From the NCBI GenBank assembly GCA_965242525.1, contig OZ251459.1, positions 2,656,001 through 2,720,000 of the forward strand: a DNA stretch of 64,000 bases. Direction: 5' to 3'. Positions 27,628 through 37,784 of the stretch are shown here, piece after piece (within the stretch, counting starts at the first letter, position 1; every line of letters begins with the position of its first letter). Made by a program: the position numbers and the translations under genes. Source of the DNA: an uncultured Candidatus Binatia bacterium (GTDB lineage Bacteria; Desulfobacterota; Binatia; UBA9968; JAJDTQ01). Below the pieces are notes generated by a model. The model searched no databases. It was not told the origin of the DNA and worked only from the letters and a program-made list of their open reading frames with translations.

Positions 27628-28899
27628 ATGATTACCGCAAGCCTGGAGCAAGTCGATCCGGAAGTCTTCGAAGCCATCCGGGACGAGGGCGAGCGCCTGG
27701 AATCCAACCTGGAGTTGATCGCGTCCGAGAACGTGGTCAGCGCCGCGGTCCTGGAGGCCCAGGGATCCCTCATGACCAACAAGTACGCCGAGGGCTATCC
27801 CGGCCGGCGCTACTACGGCGGTTGCGAGTACGTGGACGTGGTGGAGCGTCTGGCGGTGGAGCGGGCCGGGGCGCTGTTCGGCGCGGAGCACGTGAACGTG
27901 CAGCCCCACTCTGGCTCGCAGGCCAACATGGCGGTCTATTTCGCGGTCCTCAAGCCCGGCGACACCTACCTGGGGATGGACCTTTCCCACGGCGGCCACC
28001 TCTCCATGGGGAGTCCGGTCAACTTCTCCGGCCGGTTGTACGGGGTGGCGCCCTACGGCGTGTCCGAGGAGACCGGGACCATCGACTACGACGCCTTGGC
28101 CGAGCTGGCCCGGGAGCGCCGCCCGCGGCTCATCGTGGCGGGGGCGAGCGCCTACCCGCGGGTCATCGATTACGAGAGGTTCCGCGCCATCGCCGACGAG
28201 GTGGGGGCGCTGTTGATGGTGGACATGGCGCACATCGCGGGGTTGGTGGCGGCCGGCTGCCACCCGAGCCCGGTGCCCCATGCGGACTACGTGACCACCA
28301 CCACCCACAAGACCTTGCGCGGGCCCCGGGGCGGGATGATCCTCTGCCGCGGGGAGCACGCCAAGACCCTCGACAGCCGCGTCTTCCCGGGCATGCAGGG
28401 AGGCCCCCTCATGCACGTGATCGCCGCCAAGGCGGTGGCCCTGAAGGAGGCGTCCACCGAGGAGTTCGCGAGCTACCAGCGGCAGATCGTGGCCAACGCC
28501 AAGGCCCTGGCCGGCGCGTTGACGGCGCGGGGTTTCCGCCTGGTCTCCGGCGGCACCGACAACCACGTCATGCTCCTGGACCTGCGGGACTCCGAGGTCA
28601 CCGGCAAGCTGGCCCAGGAAACGCTGGAGCGGGCGGGGGTCACCGCGAACCGCAACACCGTGCCCTTCGACCGCCGCTCCCCGTTCGTGACCAGCGGCGT
28701 CCGCATCGGCACGCCCGCGGTCACCACCCGGGGCATGAAGGAGCCGGAGATGCGCGTCATCGCCGAGCTGATCCAGCGCGCCCTCGCCAGGGTGGGGGAC
28801 GAACGCGGCCTGGACGCCATCGCCGCGGAGGTGCGGGCCTTGTGCGAGCGTTTCCCGGTCTATCGCGGGAGCGGCGCCGAGCCGGCCCCGCAACCCTGA
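27628..28899 (+). CDS. glyA: Serine hydroxymethyltransferase
   Basis: [36 protein letters not shown]. Confidence 0.98.
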   Translation: MITASLEQVDPEVFEAIRDEGERLESNLELIASENVVSAAVLEAQGSLMTNKYAEGYPGRRYYGGCEYVDVVERLAVERAGALFGAEHVNVQPHSGSQANMAVYFAVLKPGDTYLGMDLSHGGHLSMGSPVNFSGRLYGVAPYGVSEETGTIDYDALAELARERRPRLIVAGASAYPRVIDYERFRAIADEVGALLMVDMAHIAGLVAAGCHPSPVPHADYVTTTTHKTLRGPRGGMILCRGEHAKTLDSRVFPGMQGGPLMHVIAAKAVALKEASTEEFASYQRQIVANAKALAGALTARGFRLVSGGTDNHVMLLDLRDSEVTGKLAQETLERAGVTANRNTVPFDRRSPFVTSGVRIGTPAVTTRGMKEPEMRVIAELIQRALARVGDERGLDAIAAEVRALCERFPVYRGSGAEPAPQP

Positions 28900-28942
28900 C
28901 CTGCCGGGCGCTGGCCGGGTCCCCGGAATCGGCAGGCCTGCC

Positions 28943-29476
28943 ATGAAATGCCCATTCTGCCGCGACGCCAAGAACCGGGTCATCGACTCCCGTCTCGGGA
29001 AGGACGGCGAGATGATCCGTCGGCGCCGGGAATGCGATTCCTGCCGGCGCCGCTTCACCACCTATGAGCGCGTGGAGGAAGCCATGCCCATGGTGGTGAA
29101 GAAGGACGGGCGCCGGGAGGCCTTCGACCGCCTCAAGATCGTCAACGGCCTGAAGACGGCCTGCCAGAAACTTCCCGTCAGCATGGACGCCATCGAGGCC
29201 ATCGCCGACCGCATCGAGCGGGGGATCCAGGAACGGGGAGAGAAGGAGGTGCCGGGCTCCGCCATCGGCGAGGCCGCCATGCGCGAGCTCCACGATACCG
29301 ACCCGGTGGCCTACGTGCGCTTCGCCTCGGTCTATCGCTCCTTCAAGGACCTCGACGAGTTCATGGTGGAGCTGGAGGACCTGCTCCACGAGCGCAAGCG
29401 CCGGGCCGCGGCCGCGGGCCCGGAAAAGGCGGCCCGAAAGACGCGCCGGAAACCCGCACGCGCGGGGAACGCCTGA
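28943..29476 (+). CDS. nrdR: Transcriptional repressor NrdR
   Basis: [35 protein letters not shown]. Confidence 0.98.
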   Translation: MKCPFCRDAKNRVIDSRLGKDGEMIRRRRECDSCRRRFTTYERVEEAMPMVVKKDGRREAFDRLKIVNGLKTACQKLPVSMDAIEAIADRIERGIQERGEKEVPGSAIGEAAMRELHDTDPVAYVRFASVYRSFKDLDEFMVELEDLLHERKRRAAAAGPEKAARKTRRKPARAGNA

Positions 29477-29672
29477 ACCGTCGTCGTGCGTCACCGCACG
29501 CCCCTGCGCGGAAACCCGCGCAGGGGGAACGCCTCAACGGCAGTCCGGCGGTGATGAACGGGAGGCGCGGAACGTCTGTTGCCCGCCGGGGCCTTGCCCA
29601 GGGAGACCGGCGGAAACCCGCACGCGCGTGGGCCGCGGCGCGTGAACGGGAGCTGCGGAAGATGGCGCTTCC

Positions 29673-29838
29673 GGAATTCGTGTGGGTTGCGACACTCCCC
29701 ATCCCGTCATTCCCGCGAAAGCGGGAATCCATACAGGGAACCCATGGGGTTTGCTCGCAGGGTATGGATTCCCGCCCCCGCTTCCGCGAGGACATGCTTT
29801 CGCGGGAATGACGAGGGGTGGGCGTCTGCGGAGCAATG
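29673..29838. repeat. Second REP-family composite element (GTCATTCCCGCGAAAGCGGGAATCC)
   Basis: Inverted REP pair 29706-29730 / 29764-29812; flanks GGAATTCGTGTGGGTTG and GGGCGTCTGCGGAGCAATG shared with 41103-41258. Confidence 0.85.
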
Positions 29839-29911
29839 ACGGCGTGTTCCTTTTCGCTCCCCTTTCCCTCCTGCCTTACCCACACAAAAGCCGGAAGAGA
29901 AACCCTATCCC

Positions 29912-31003
29912 ATGTCCTTGGACCAGGACGAGCGTTACATGCGGGCGGCAATCAGGCTCGCGGGCCGGGCCGCGGGGCGCACCAGTCCGAACCCCATGGT
30001 GGGGGCGGTGGTGGTGCGGCAGGGCCGCATCGTGGGGCGCGGCTACCATGCCCGCGCCGGCGGCGACCACGCGGAGGTCCGGGCGCTCCGGCAGGCGGGG
30101 GAGGCGGCTCGCGGCGCCACGCTCTACGTCAACCTGGAGCCTTGCAGCCACTTCGGCCGCACCCCTCCGTGCGTCAAGGGTGTGGTCGAGGCGGGGGTGG
30201 AACGGGTGGCCGCGGGCATGATCGACCCGAATCCCCAGGTGGCCGGCAGCGGCGTGCAGGCCCTGAGACGCGCGGGCGTCCGGGTGGACGTGCCGGTCCT
30301 GGAGGAGGAATGCCGCCGCCTCAACGAGGCGTTCGTCAAGCACGTCACCCGGGGTCTTCCCTTCGTCGCCCTGAAGTTGGCCGCGTCCCTGGACGGCAGG
30401 ATCGCCACGGCCGCGGGAGACTCCAAGTGGGTCACGGGGCCGGAGGCCCGGAAGTTCGTCCACCGGCTGCGCAACCGCTACGACGCGGTCCTGGTGGGTT
30501 CCGGCACGGTGCTGGCGGACGACCCGCAACTCACCTGCCGGCTGCCGGGAGGGCGGGACCCCTTGCGCGTCGTGCTGGACGGCCGCCTGCGCACCCCGGC
30601 CACGGCCCGGCTCGTGGCCCAGCCGGAGCCCGGGAAGACCGTGCTGGTCACCGGGCGCGACGTCCCCGCGGCCCGGAGGAAACGGCTGGAAGACCTGGGT
30701 GTGCAGGTGTGGAGCTTTCCCATGAGGCAGGGGCGGGTGGCCTTCCGGCGCGTGCTCCGGCGGCTGGCCCGGGAGGGGGTGCTCAGCGTCATGGTGGAGG
30801 GAGGCGCGGTGACCGCGGGCCGGGCCATCTCGGAGAAGGTGGTGGACAAGGCCCTGTGCTTCTATGCGCCCAAGTTCATCGGCGCCGAGGGGCTGCCCAT
30901 GGTGGGCGATCTCGGCATCACGCGCCTGCGCCGTTGCCCGCAACTCGGCAACCCCGAGGTCAGGCGCCTCGGCGCCGACATCCTGGTGTCGGCCTACCTG
31001 TGA
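29912..31003 (+). CDS. ribD: Bifunctional riboflavin deaminase/reductase RibD
   Basis: TSPNPMVG, HAE, LEPCSHFGRTPPC, SLDGRIA, VEGG. Confidence 0.97.
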   Translation: MSLDQDERYMRAAIRLAGRAAGRTSPNPMVGAVVVRQGRIVGRGYHARAGGDHAEVRALRQAGEAARGATLYVNLEPCSHFGRTPPCVKGVVEAGVERVAAGMIDPNPQVAGSGVQALRRAGVRVDVPVLEEECRRLNEAFVKHVTRGLPFVALKLAASLDGRIATAAGDSKWVTGPEARKFVHRLRNRYDAVLVGSGTVLADDPQLTCRLPGGRDPLRVVLDGRLRTPATARLVAQPEPGKTVLVTGRDVPAARRKRLEDLGVQVWSFPMRQGRVAFRRVLRRLAREGVLSVMVEGGAVTAGRAISEKVVDKALCFYAPKFIGAEGLPMVGDLGITRLRRCPQLGNPEVRRLGADILVSAYL

Positions 31004-31008
31004 CAACC

Positions 31009-31435
31009 GAAAGCGCGTCCTTCGACTTCGCTTGCGCTACGCTCAGGACGAACGGTGATAGGAGTGTCAAGGTGAGGGAATCTGTCTGGATGTCTCGATT
31101 GTTCGGATCTTCCTTGGACGACACCCCCCGTTCGTTGTGAACACAGCAAGCCCCGTTCGTCCTGAGCGTAGCGCAAGGAACCTCTGGAAAATCGGGACAG
31201 GGGGCATGAGCGCGTCCTTCGACTCCGCTTGCGCTGCGCTCAGGACGAACGGTGATAGGAGTGTCGAGGTGAGGGAATCCATCCCGGATGTCTCGATTGT
31301 TCAGATGTTCCTCGGGCGAAGGGGCTCCGGATCGAGAAACCCTGAACCACGATCCATCGAGGAAACCCTGAACCAAGCCTCCCCGTTCGTCCTGAGCGTA
31401 GCGAAGCGAAGTCGAAGGACGCGCTTCTTCGAAGC
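31009..31435. repeat. Cluster of about four MITE/REP copies in alternating orientation
   Basis: Cores at about 31015-31055, 31150-31175, 31210-31252 and 31381-31423; TIR-like ends GGAACCTCTG / GTTCAGATGTTCC. Confidence 0.85.
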
Positions 31436-31462
31436 GGGGCGTGACCGTCGAGGGCAGTAGCC

Positions 31463-32083
31463 ATGTTTACCGGACTCATCGAAGACGTGGGCAGGGTCCA
31501 CCGCTGGACCGGCAGGGCCGGGGCGGGGGAGCTCGCCTTCGAGACCGCGCTGCCGGTCCGGGAGATCGCGCCGGGGGCGAGCATCGCGGTGAACGGCTGC
31601 TGCCTGACCGTGGTCGGGAAGGCCGGACGCCGGCTCACCGTGGACGTCTCTCCCGAGACCTTGCAGCGCACCAACCTCGCGGACCTGCGCCCCGGGGACG
31701 GCGTGAACCTGGAGCGTTCCCTCCGGGTGGGCGACCGGCTCGGCGGCCATTGGGTCACCGGGCACGTGGACGCGGTGGGGCAGGTGGCCCGCATCGAAGA
31801 GAGCGGCGAATTCACCTTCTTCCGTTTCCGCGCCCCTGCGGCCGTGGGCCGTCTCCTCGTGCCCAAGGGTTCCGTCTCGGTGGACGGCGTGAGCCTGACC
31901 GTCAACGAGTGCACGCAGCGTTCGTTCTCCGTGGCCATCATACCCTTCACCCTGGCGCATACGAATTTGCAGAGCCGCAACGTTGGTGATAGAGTCAACC
32001 TCGAAGCGGACATCATCGGAAAGTACGTCCTCCGGTTCGCCGATGCCTACCGCAAGACGCCGCGCAAGCCCGGCCCCGAGTGA
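31463..32083 (+). CDS. ribE: Riboflavin synthase (alpha chain)
   Basis: MFTGLIE, GASIAVNGCCLTV, VNLER, GGHWVTGHVD, KGSVSVDGVSLT. Confidence 0.97.
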   Translation: MFTGLIEDVGRVHRWTGRAGAGELAFETALPVREIAPGASIAVNGCCLTVVGKAGRRLTVDVSPETLQRTNLADLRPGDGVNLERSLRVGDRLGGHWVTGHVDAVGQVARIEESGEFTFFRFRAPAAVGRLLVPKGSVSVDGVSLTVNECTQRSFSVAIIPFTLAHTNLQSRNVGDRVNLEADIIGKYVLRFADAYRKTPRKPGPE

Positions 32084-32107
32084 CGCCCGCGCGGCGCGGC
32101 ACACGAC

Positions 32108-33331
32108 ATGTCCCTGAGCCCCATCGAAACCGTTCGGGAAGAGCTTCTCCATGGCCGCCCGATCCTGCTGGCGGAGGAGGAAAGCGACCACGGCGCGGGC
32201 TTCGTCTGCATGGCCGCGGAAAAGGTGACCCCGGAGCACGTCAACTTCATGACGCGCCATGCCGGAGGCGTACTCTACCTGGCGCTGGAAGCCCCCCGGG
32301 TCCGGGAGCTGGGCTTCTGCGTGGACGCGGCTGCGAGCATCCTCCCGGGACAGGCCCCGGTCGGGGCGCCCGTGGGAGCCAACTCGGTGCTGGGCCTGGA
32401 GGTCTCGGCCGCGGGCAGGGCCCATACCATCCGGACGGCCGCCAAGCCGGACGCGGAGCCCCGGGACTTCGTGACCCCGGGCAACGTGCTGCCGCTCCAG
32501 GCCAGCAAGGGAGGCGTGCTGGTCAAGGCGGGACCGGCGGAGGCCGCGGTGGACCTCGCGTCCCTCTGCGGCCTGCAACCGGTTGCGGCGATCTGCCAGG
32601 TGCTGAGCGAGGACGGCGCCGTCGCCGCGGGCGCCGAGCTGAAGGCATTCGCCGAGCGCCACGACCTGCGGATGGCGTCGGTGGTGGACTTGGTGGCGTC
32701 CCGGCTCCGCAACGAAGCCACCATACGGAAGGTGTGGCAGGAAGACTTCCCGACCATCCACGGCAAGTCCTTCAAGGCGATACTCTACCGGACCAACCTC
32801 GACCCGTTCGAGCACATGGCCCTGGTGAAGGGCGAGGTCGAGGCCCGGGACGACGTGCTGGTGCGGGTGCATTCGGAGTGCCTTACGGGGGACGTGTTCT
32901 CGTCCGAACGGTGCGATTGCGGCGAACAGTTGCGGGCGGCCATACGGATCATCGACAGGGAAGAGTGCGGCGTCATCGTCTATATGCACCAGGAGGGCCG
33001 CGGTATCGGCCTGACCAACAAGATCAAGGCATACGCGCTGCAGGACCGGGGGCGCGACACGGTGGAGGCGAACCTGGACCTGGGGTTCGAAGTCGATCTG
33101 AGGGACTACGGGGTGGCGGCCGAGATACTGCGGCACCTGGGGATCCGGCGGCTGCGCCTGTTGACCAACAACCCGCGCAAGATCGTCAGCCTGGAGGGTT
33201 ACGGCATATCCGTGAGCCAGAGGGTCCCCCTGGAGGTGGAGCCCCGCGGCCGCAACGCCGGTTACCTGCGGACCAAGCGCGACAAGCTCGGGCACCTGCT
33301 GTCCCGGGTCCGGGACGAGACTGCCCGCTGA
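32108..33331 (+). CDS. ribBA: RibBA: GTP cyclohydrolase II with a degenerate DHBP-synthase domain
   Basis: RibA intact: RVHSECLTGD, RCDCG, QEGRGIGL, LLTNNPRK; RibB catalytic motifs altered. Confidence 0.9.
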   Translation: MSLSPIETVREELLHGRPILLAEEESDHGAGFVCMAAEKVTPEHVNFMTRHAGGVLYLALEAPRVRELGFCVDAAASILPGQAPVGAPVGANSVLGLEVSAAGRAHTIRTAAKPDAEPRDFVTPGNVLPLQASKGGVLVKAGPAEAAVDLASLCGLQPVAAICQVLSEDGAVAAGAELKAFAERHDLRMASVVDLVASRLRNEATIRKVWQEDFPTIHGKSFKAILYRTNLDPFEHMALVKGEVEARDDVLVRVHSECLTGDVFSSERCDCGEQLRAAIRIIDREECGVIVYMHQEGRGIGLTNKIKAYALQDRGRDTVEANLDLGFEVDLRDYGVAAEILRHLGIRRLRLLTNNPRKIVSLEGYGISVSQRVPLEVEPRGRNAGYLRTKRDKLGHLLSRVRDETAR

Positions 33332-33342
33332 GGGCGCCGGCC

Positions 33343-33807
33343 ATGGAAGTGATCGAAGGGAAACTGGACGCCGCGGCCATGCGCTTCGGCATCATCGCCA
33401 GCCGCTTCAACGGCTTCATTACCGAACGGCTCCTGGACGGGGCCGCCAACGCCCTGAAGCGGCACGGCGCGGGCGACGACGCCGTGGACGTGGTATGGGT
33501 CCCGGGCGCGTTCGAGATCTCCTTCTGCGCCCACAAGATGGCGGCCAGCGGCAAGTACGACGCGCTCATCTGCCTCGGCGCGGTCATCCGCGGCGAGACG
33601 CCCCACTTCGACTACATCTGCGCCGCGGCCTCCCGGGGGGTGGGCGACGCCATGGACCGGTACGGCGTTCCCATCGCCTTCGGCCTGCTGACCACCAACA
33701 CGGTGGAGCAGGCGGTGGACCGCGCCGGGGCGAAGATGGGCAACAAGGGGTTCGAGGCCGCGGTCACCGCCATCGAGATGGCGAACTTGAGCAGAGATCT
33801 GGGGTGA
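33343..33807 (+). CDS. ribH: 6,7-dimethyl-8-ribityllumazine synthase
   Basis: SRFN, VPGAFE, LGAVIRGETPHFDY, NKGFEAA. Confidence 0.97.
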   Translation: MEVIEGKLDAAAMRFGIIASRFNGFITERLLDGAANALKRHGAGDDAVDVVWVPGAFEISFCAHKMAASGKYDALICLGAVIRGETPHFDYICAAASRGVGDAMDRYGVPIAFGLLTTNTVEQAVDRAGAKMGNKGFEAAVTAIEMANLSRDLG

Positions 33808-33867
33808 CCTCCGGGCGCGGTCCCAGCGGGCGGGCCACGGCCGGGCGCCGGGTTCCGTCTCCAGCCG

Positions 33868-34302
33868 ATGATGGGTATTCGCCGCAAGGCCAGGGAGCTG
33901 GCGCTGCAGGTCCTCTACCAGATGGAGGTCACGCATGACCCGTCTCCCGCCGGTCCGGACAGTTTCTGGGGCCACTTCCCGTCGCGCCCGGCCTCCCGGG
34001 ACTTCGCCCAGCGCCTGATCGCCGGAACCGTGGAGCACCGGGCGGAGATCGACGGGTTCCTCACGGACGCGGTGGAGAACTGGAGGCTCGACCGCATGCC
34101 CAAGGTCGATCTGATCATCCTTCGGCTCGCCACCTACGAGCTGGTCTATTGCCCGGACATTCCCTTGAACGTCAGCATCGACGAAGCCATCGAGATCGGC
34201 AACCGCTACGGGTCGGACGACTCCCCCACGTTCATCAACGGGGTGCTCGACCAGGTGGCGCATGCCAACGGACTCGAGGAGAGCGAGCGGCCGGAGCCAT
34301 GA
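33868..34302 (+). CDS. nusB: Transcription antitermination factor NusB
   Basis: [41 protein letters not shown]. Confidence 0.97.
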   Translation: MMGIRRKARELALQVLYQMEVTHDPSPAGPDSFWGHFPSRPASRDFAQRLIAGTVEHRAEIDGFLTDAVENWRLDRMPKVDLIILRLATYELVYCPDIPLNVSIDEAIEIGNRYGSDDSPTFINGVLDQVAHANGLEESERPEP

Positions 34303-36788
34303 TGGAGAAGTACGAGTTCTGGAATATCGAGGCCAAATGGCAGGGCGAGTGGGAGCGGAGCGAGAGCTTCCGGGTGGACGAGTCCTCGCCCCTGCCCAAG
34401 TACTACCTGCTGGAGATGTTCCCCTATCCGTCGGGCCGGATCCACATGGGGCACGTGCGGAACTATTCCATCGGGGACGTGATCGCGCGCTACAAGCGCA
34501 TGCGCGGGTTCAACGTCCTGCACCCCATGGGCTGGGACGCCTTCGGCCTGCCCGCGGAGAACGCCGCCATCGCCAACAAGGTCCATCCCGCCCGCTGGAC
34601 CGTGGAGAACATCGACTACATGCGGACCCAGCTCAAGCAGATGGGCTTCAGCTACGACTGGGCCCGGGAGCTGGCCACGTCGGACGCCGGCTACTACCGC
34701 TGGGAACAGTCGTTCTTCCTGGAGATGCTCGAGCGGGGGCTGGCGTACCGGAAGAGCGCGTCGGTCAACTGGTGCACCGGCTGCGAGACCGTCCTGGCCA
34801 ACGAGCAGGTGCAGGAGGGCCGCTGTTGGCGCTGCGAGCATGAGGTCCTCATGCGCGAGTTGCCCCAGTGGTTCTTCCGCATCACGGCCTACGCCGAGGA
34901 GTTGCTGGCGGCCTGCGACGAGCTCCGGGGATGGCCCGACAAGGTGCTCACCATGCAGCGCAACTGGATCGGGAAGTCCATCGGGGCCGAGATCCGCTTC
35001 CCCCTGGCGGACCGGGACGACGCCCTCACCGTCTTCACCACCCGGCAGGACACGGTTTACGGCGCCACCTTCGTCTCCCTGGCCGCGGAGCATCCCATGG
35101 TTTCGGAGCTTTCCGAGGGGACGCCGCAGCGACAGGCGGTCCGGGAGTTCACCCGGCAGGTGCAGCGCATCAGCCATTCCCGGCGCGGCGACGTGGGGAC
35201 GGAGAAGGAGGGCGTCTTCACCGGCTCGTTCTGCCACAATCCGTTCACCGGGGAGAAGATCCCCATCTACGTGGCGAACTTCGTGCTGATGGAATACGGC
35301 ACCGGCGCGGTCATGGCGGTGCCGGCCCACGACCAGCGGGACTTCGAGTTCGCGGTGAAGTACCACCTGCCGGTGCGGCCGGTGATCCATCCCCCCGGCG
35401 CGACCCTGACGGCCGGGGACATGGCCGAAGCCTACACCGCCGACGGGGTGATGGCCGACAGCGGCGAATTCAGCGGCCTGGGCAGCGAGGAAGGCAGGGC
35501 CCGGATCGCCGCGTTCCTCGAGGAACGGGGCTGGGGCAAGGGCACGGTGCGCTACCGGCTGCGGGACTGGGGCATCTCCCGCCAGCGCTACTGGGGGGCG
35601 CCCATCCCCGTGGTCTATTGCGACCGCTGCGGCCTCGTGCCCGTGCCTCGGGAGGAGTTGCCGGTGCGGCTGCCCACCAACGTGGAGTTCACCGGCGCGG
35701 GGGGCTCGCCGCTGGCGAGCCTGCCGGAGTTCCGCGACGCCGCCTGTCCCGCGTGCCGCGGGCCCGCCCGTCGGGAGACCGACACCATGGACACCTTCGT
35801 GGAGTCGTCGTGGTACTTCGCGCGCTACGCCTGCCCGGACGAGGACCGCCGCCCGCTGGACACGGAACGCACGGCCTACTGGATGGCGGTGGACCAGTAC
35901 GTGGGAGGGGTCGAGCACGCGGTGCTGCACCTGCTCTACGCCCGCTTCTTCACCCGCGTCCTGCGGGACCTGGGCTGGCTTTCGGTGTCCGAGCCCTTCG
36001 CCAACCTCCTGACCCAGGGCATGGTCATCAAGGACGGCGCCAAGATGTCCAAGTCCAAGATGAACGTGGTGGATCCGGACGAACTCATCCACCGCTATGG
36101 CGCGGACACCGCGCGCCTGTTCACCCTGTTCGCGGCGCCGCCGGAGAAGGACCTGGACTGGAGCGACCAGGGAGTCGAGGGGTCCCACCGTTTCCTGAAC
36201 CGGGTGTGGCGCTTCGCCATGCGCCATCGCGAGCGCCTGGCGGGCGTGGCCGCGGACTCGGGTGGAGCGCCGTCTTCGAGCGGCCTCGAGGAACTGCGCC
36301 GGCGGATCCACTGGACCGTCAAGAAGGTCACCGAGGACATCGAGACCCGGTTCCACTTCAACACCGCCATCGCGGCCATCATGGAGCTCCACAACGCGTT
36401 GGGTTCCGTGGCTCCGGAGGACCTGGATCGAGCGGACGGAGCCGCCCTGATCAAGGCCGCCCTGGAGACCGAGATCGTCCTCCTCTCGCCCTTCGTGCCG
36501 CACATCGCCAGCGAGTTGTGGGAGCGGCTGGGCCACTCGGAACCCCTGGCGGACATGGGCTGGCCGGAGTACTCCGAGGAGGCGCTGGCCCGGGAGAACC
36601 GCCTCATCGTCGTCCAGGTGAACGGCAAGCTGCGCGGGAAGGTCGCGGTGCCGACCGACGCTCCCCCGGAGCACGTGGAATCCGCGGCCCTGGCCGACCC
36701 GAAGGTGGCGGCCTTCCTCGACGGCCGTCCGGTCAGGCGGGTGGTGCAGGTGCCCGGCCGGCTCGTCAACATCGTGCTGGAGGGATGA
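34299..36788 (+). CDS. leuS: Leucine--tRNA ligase
   Basis: [45 protein letters not shown]; ATGA overlap with nusB. Confidence 0.98.
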   Translation: MMEKYEFWNIEAKWQGEWERSESFRVDESSPLPKYYLLEMFPYPSGRIHMGHVRNYSIGDVIARYKRMRGFNVLHPMGWDAFGLPAENAAIANKVHPARWTVENIDYMRTQLKQMGFSYDWARELATSDAGYYRWEQSFFLEMLERGLAYRKSASVNWCTGCETVLANEQVQEGRCWRCEHEVLMRELPQWFFRITAYAEELLAACDELRGWPDKVLTMQRNWIGKSIGAEIRFPLADRDDALTVFTTRQDTVYGATFVSLAAEHPMVSELSEGTPQRQAVREFTRQVQRISHSRRGDVGTEKEGVFTGSFCHNPFTGEKIPIYVANFVLMEYGTGAVMAVPAHDQRDFEFAVKYHLPVRPVIHPPGATLTAGDMAEAYTADGVMADSGEFSGLGSEEGRARIAAFLEERGWGKGTVRYRLRDWGISRQRYWGAPIPVVYCDRCGLVPVPREELPVRLPTNVEFTGAGGSPLASLPEFRDAACPACRGPARRETDTMDTFVESSWYFARYACPDEDRRPLDTERTAYWMAVDQYVGGVEHAVLHLLYARFFTRVLRDLGWLSVSEPFANLLTQGMVIKDGAKMSKSKMNVVDPDELIHRYGADTARLFTLFAAPPEKDLDWSDQGVEGSHRFLNRVWRFAMRHRERLAGVAADSGGAPSSSGLEELRRRIHWTVKKVTEDIETRFHFNTAIAAIMELHNALGSVAPEDLDRADGAALIKAALETEIVLLSPFVPHIASELWERLGHSEPLADMGWPEYSEEALARENRLIVVQVNGKLRGKVAVPTDAPPEHVESAALADPKVAAFLDGRPVRRVVQVPGRLVNIVLEG

Positions 36789-36791
36789 ACC

Positions 36792-37397
36792 CTGGTCCGG
36801 CGACCGGTCTTGCCGGCGGTCCTCTCGGTCTCCGTGGGCCTGGCGCTGCTGACGGGCGCCTGCGGCTACCGCTTCACCGGCTCGCACACGGGGCTTCCGG
36901 CCGACGTGCGGACGGTCTTCGTGGAGACCTTCCTCAACCGGACCCGGGAGGTGGGCCTGGAGGACCGCTTGGCCGCGGCCTTGCGCAGGGAGTTGGCGAG
37001 CCGGGAATCGCCGCGGTTGGTGGAACGGTTCGAGGACGCGGACGCGGTGCTTTCCGGGGTCGTCCGGTATTACGGGGTCGGGGACGCGTCGGTCAACCGG
37101 TTCGACCAGGCGCTGGAGTGGGAGGCCCGGATGGACGTGGAGGCGACGCTCCGGCGCAGGCGGTCGAAGGAGGTGCTGTGGCCCCGGCGCGTGATGCGGC
37201 TCCGGGAGGTTTACGCGGCTGCCCGCGGGGCGGTGGTTCCCACTTCCTCCGGGTTCTCCCGGGACACGCTGGACATGAGGGACGTGGGCCGGTTGACGGA
37301 CGCCAGGTTGGCGGAAGACTCCCGCAGGGGAGCCAGGGAACGGCTGCTCGAAAGGTTCGCCCGGTCCATACGGGAGCGGATGGCGGAGGGGTTCTGA
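36792..37397 (+). CDS. lptE: LPS assembly lipoprotein LptE (start CTG 36792 or TTG 36810)
   Basis: Lipobox LTGACGY; F.NRT; DADAVLSG; directly after leuS. Confidence 0.8.
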   Translation: MVRRPVLPAVLSVSVGLALLTGACGYRFTGSHTGLPADVRTVFVETFLNRTREVGLEDRLAAALRRELASRESPRLVERFEDADAVLSGVVRYYGVGDASVNRFDQALEWEARMDVEATLRRRRSKEVLWPRRVMRLREVYAAARGAVVPTSSGFSRDTLDMRDVGRLTDARLAEDSRRGARERLLERFARSIRERMAEGF

Positions 37398-37427
37398 CGG
37401 AGCGCGCCGACCCGGGCGCGGTTCGCG

Positions 37428-37730
37428 CTACGCGGGCTGCTCTGCTTCGGCGGAGGTCCGGGACGAGGCCCGGGCCAGGTATGCGGCCTTGGACAGGCGG
37501 GCCAGCTTCCTCGACGCGGTGTTGCGCTTGAGGACTCCCTTGGTCACGGCCTTGTCCAGCATCCGGTTGACTTCCCGGATCTTCCGTTCGATGGCTTCCG
37601 GGTCGCGGCTCTCGATGGCCGCCCTGACCTTCTTGACCAGGGTCCGGACGCTGGACCGGACCGCTTGGTTGCGCTCGCGGCGCCGGACGCTCTGGTTGTG
37701 CCGCTTGATGGCCGATTTGTGGTTCGCCAA
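37428..37730 (-). CDS. rpsT: 30S ribosomal protein S20
   Basis: MANHKSAIKR, LDKAVTKGVLKRNTASRK. Confidence 0.98.
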   Translation of the reverse strand: MANHKSAIKRHNQSVRRRERNQAVRSSVRTLVKKVRAAIESRDPEAIERKIREVNRMLDKAVTKGVLKRNTASRKLARLSKAAYLARASSRTSAEAEQPA

Positions 37731-37784
37731 GAGCTACCTCCCGAAAGCCCGTCAACTTAGCACCGCTTGCGCGAGGAGTCAACG

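Noticed and set aside
29445-29635. Three short direct repeats (CGGAAACCCGC...) after nrdR
   Set aside because: They look like degenerate local duplications of the nrdR tail with no evident function.
31009-31435. Repeat cluster between ribD and ribE as a CRISPR array or FMN riboswitch
   Set aside because: Copies alternate in orientation and match the MITE; no RFN consensus was recognised.
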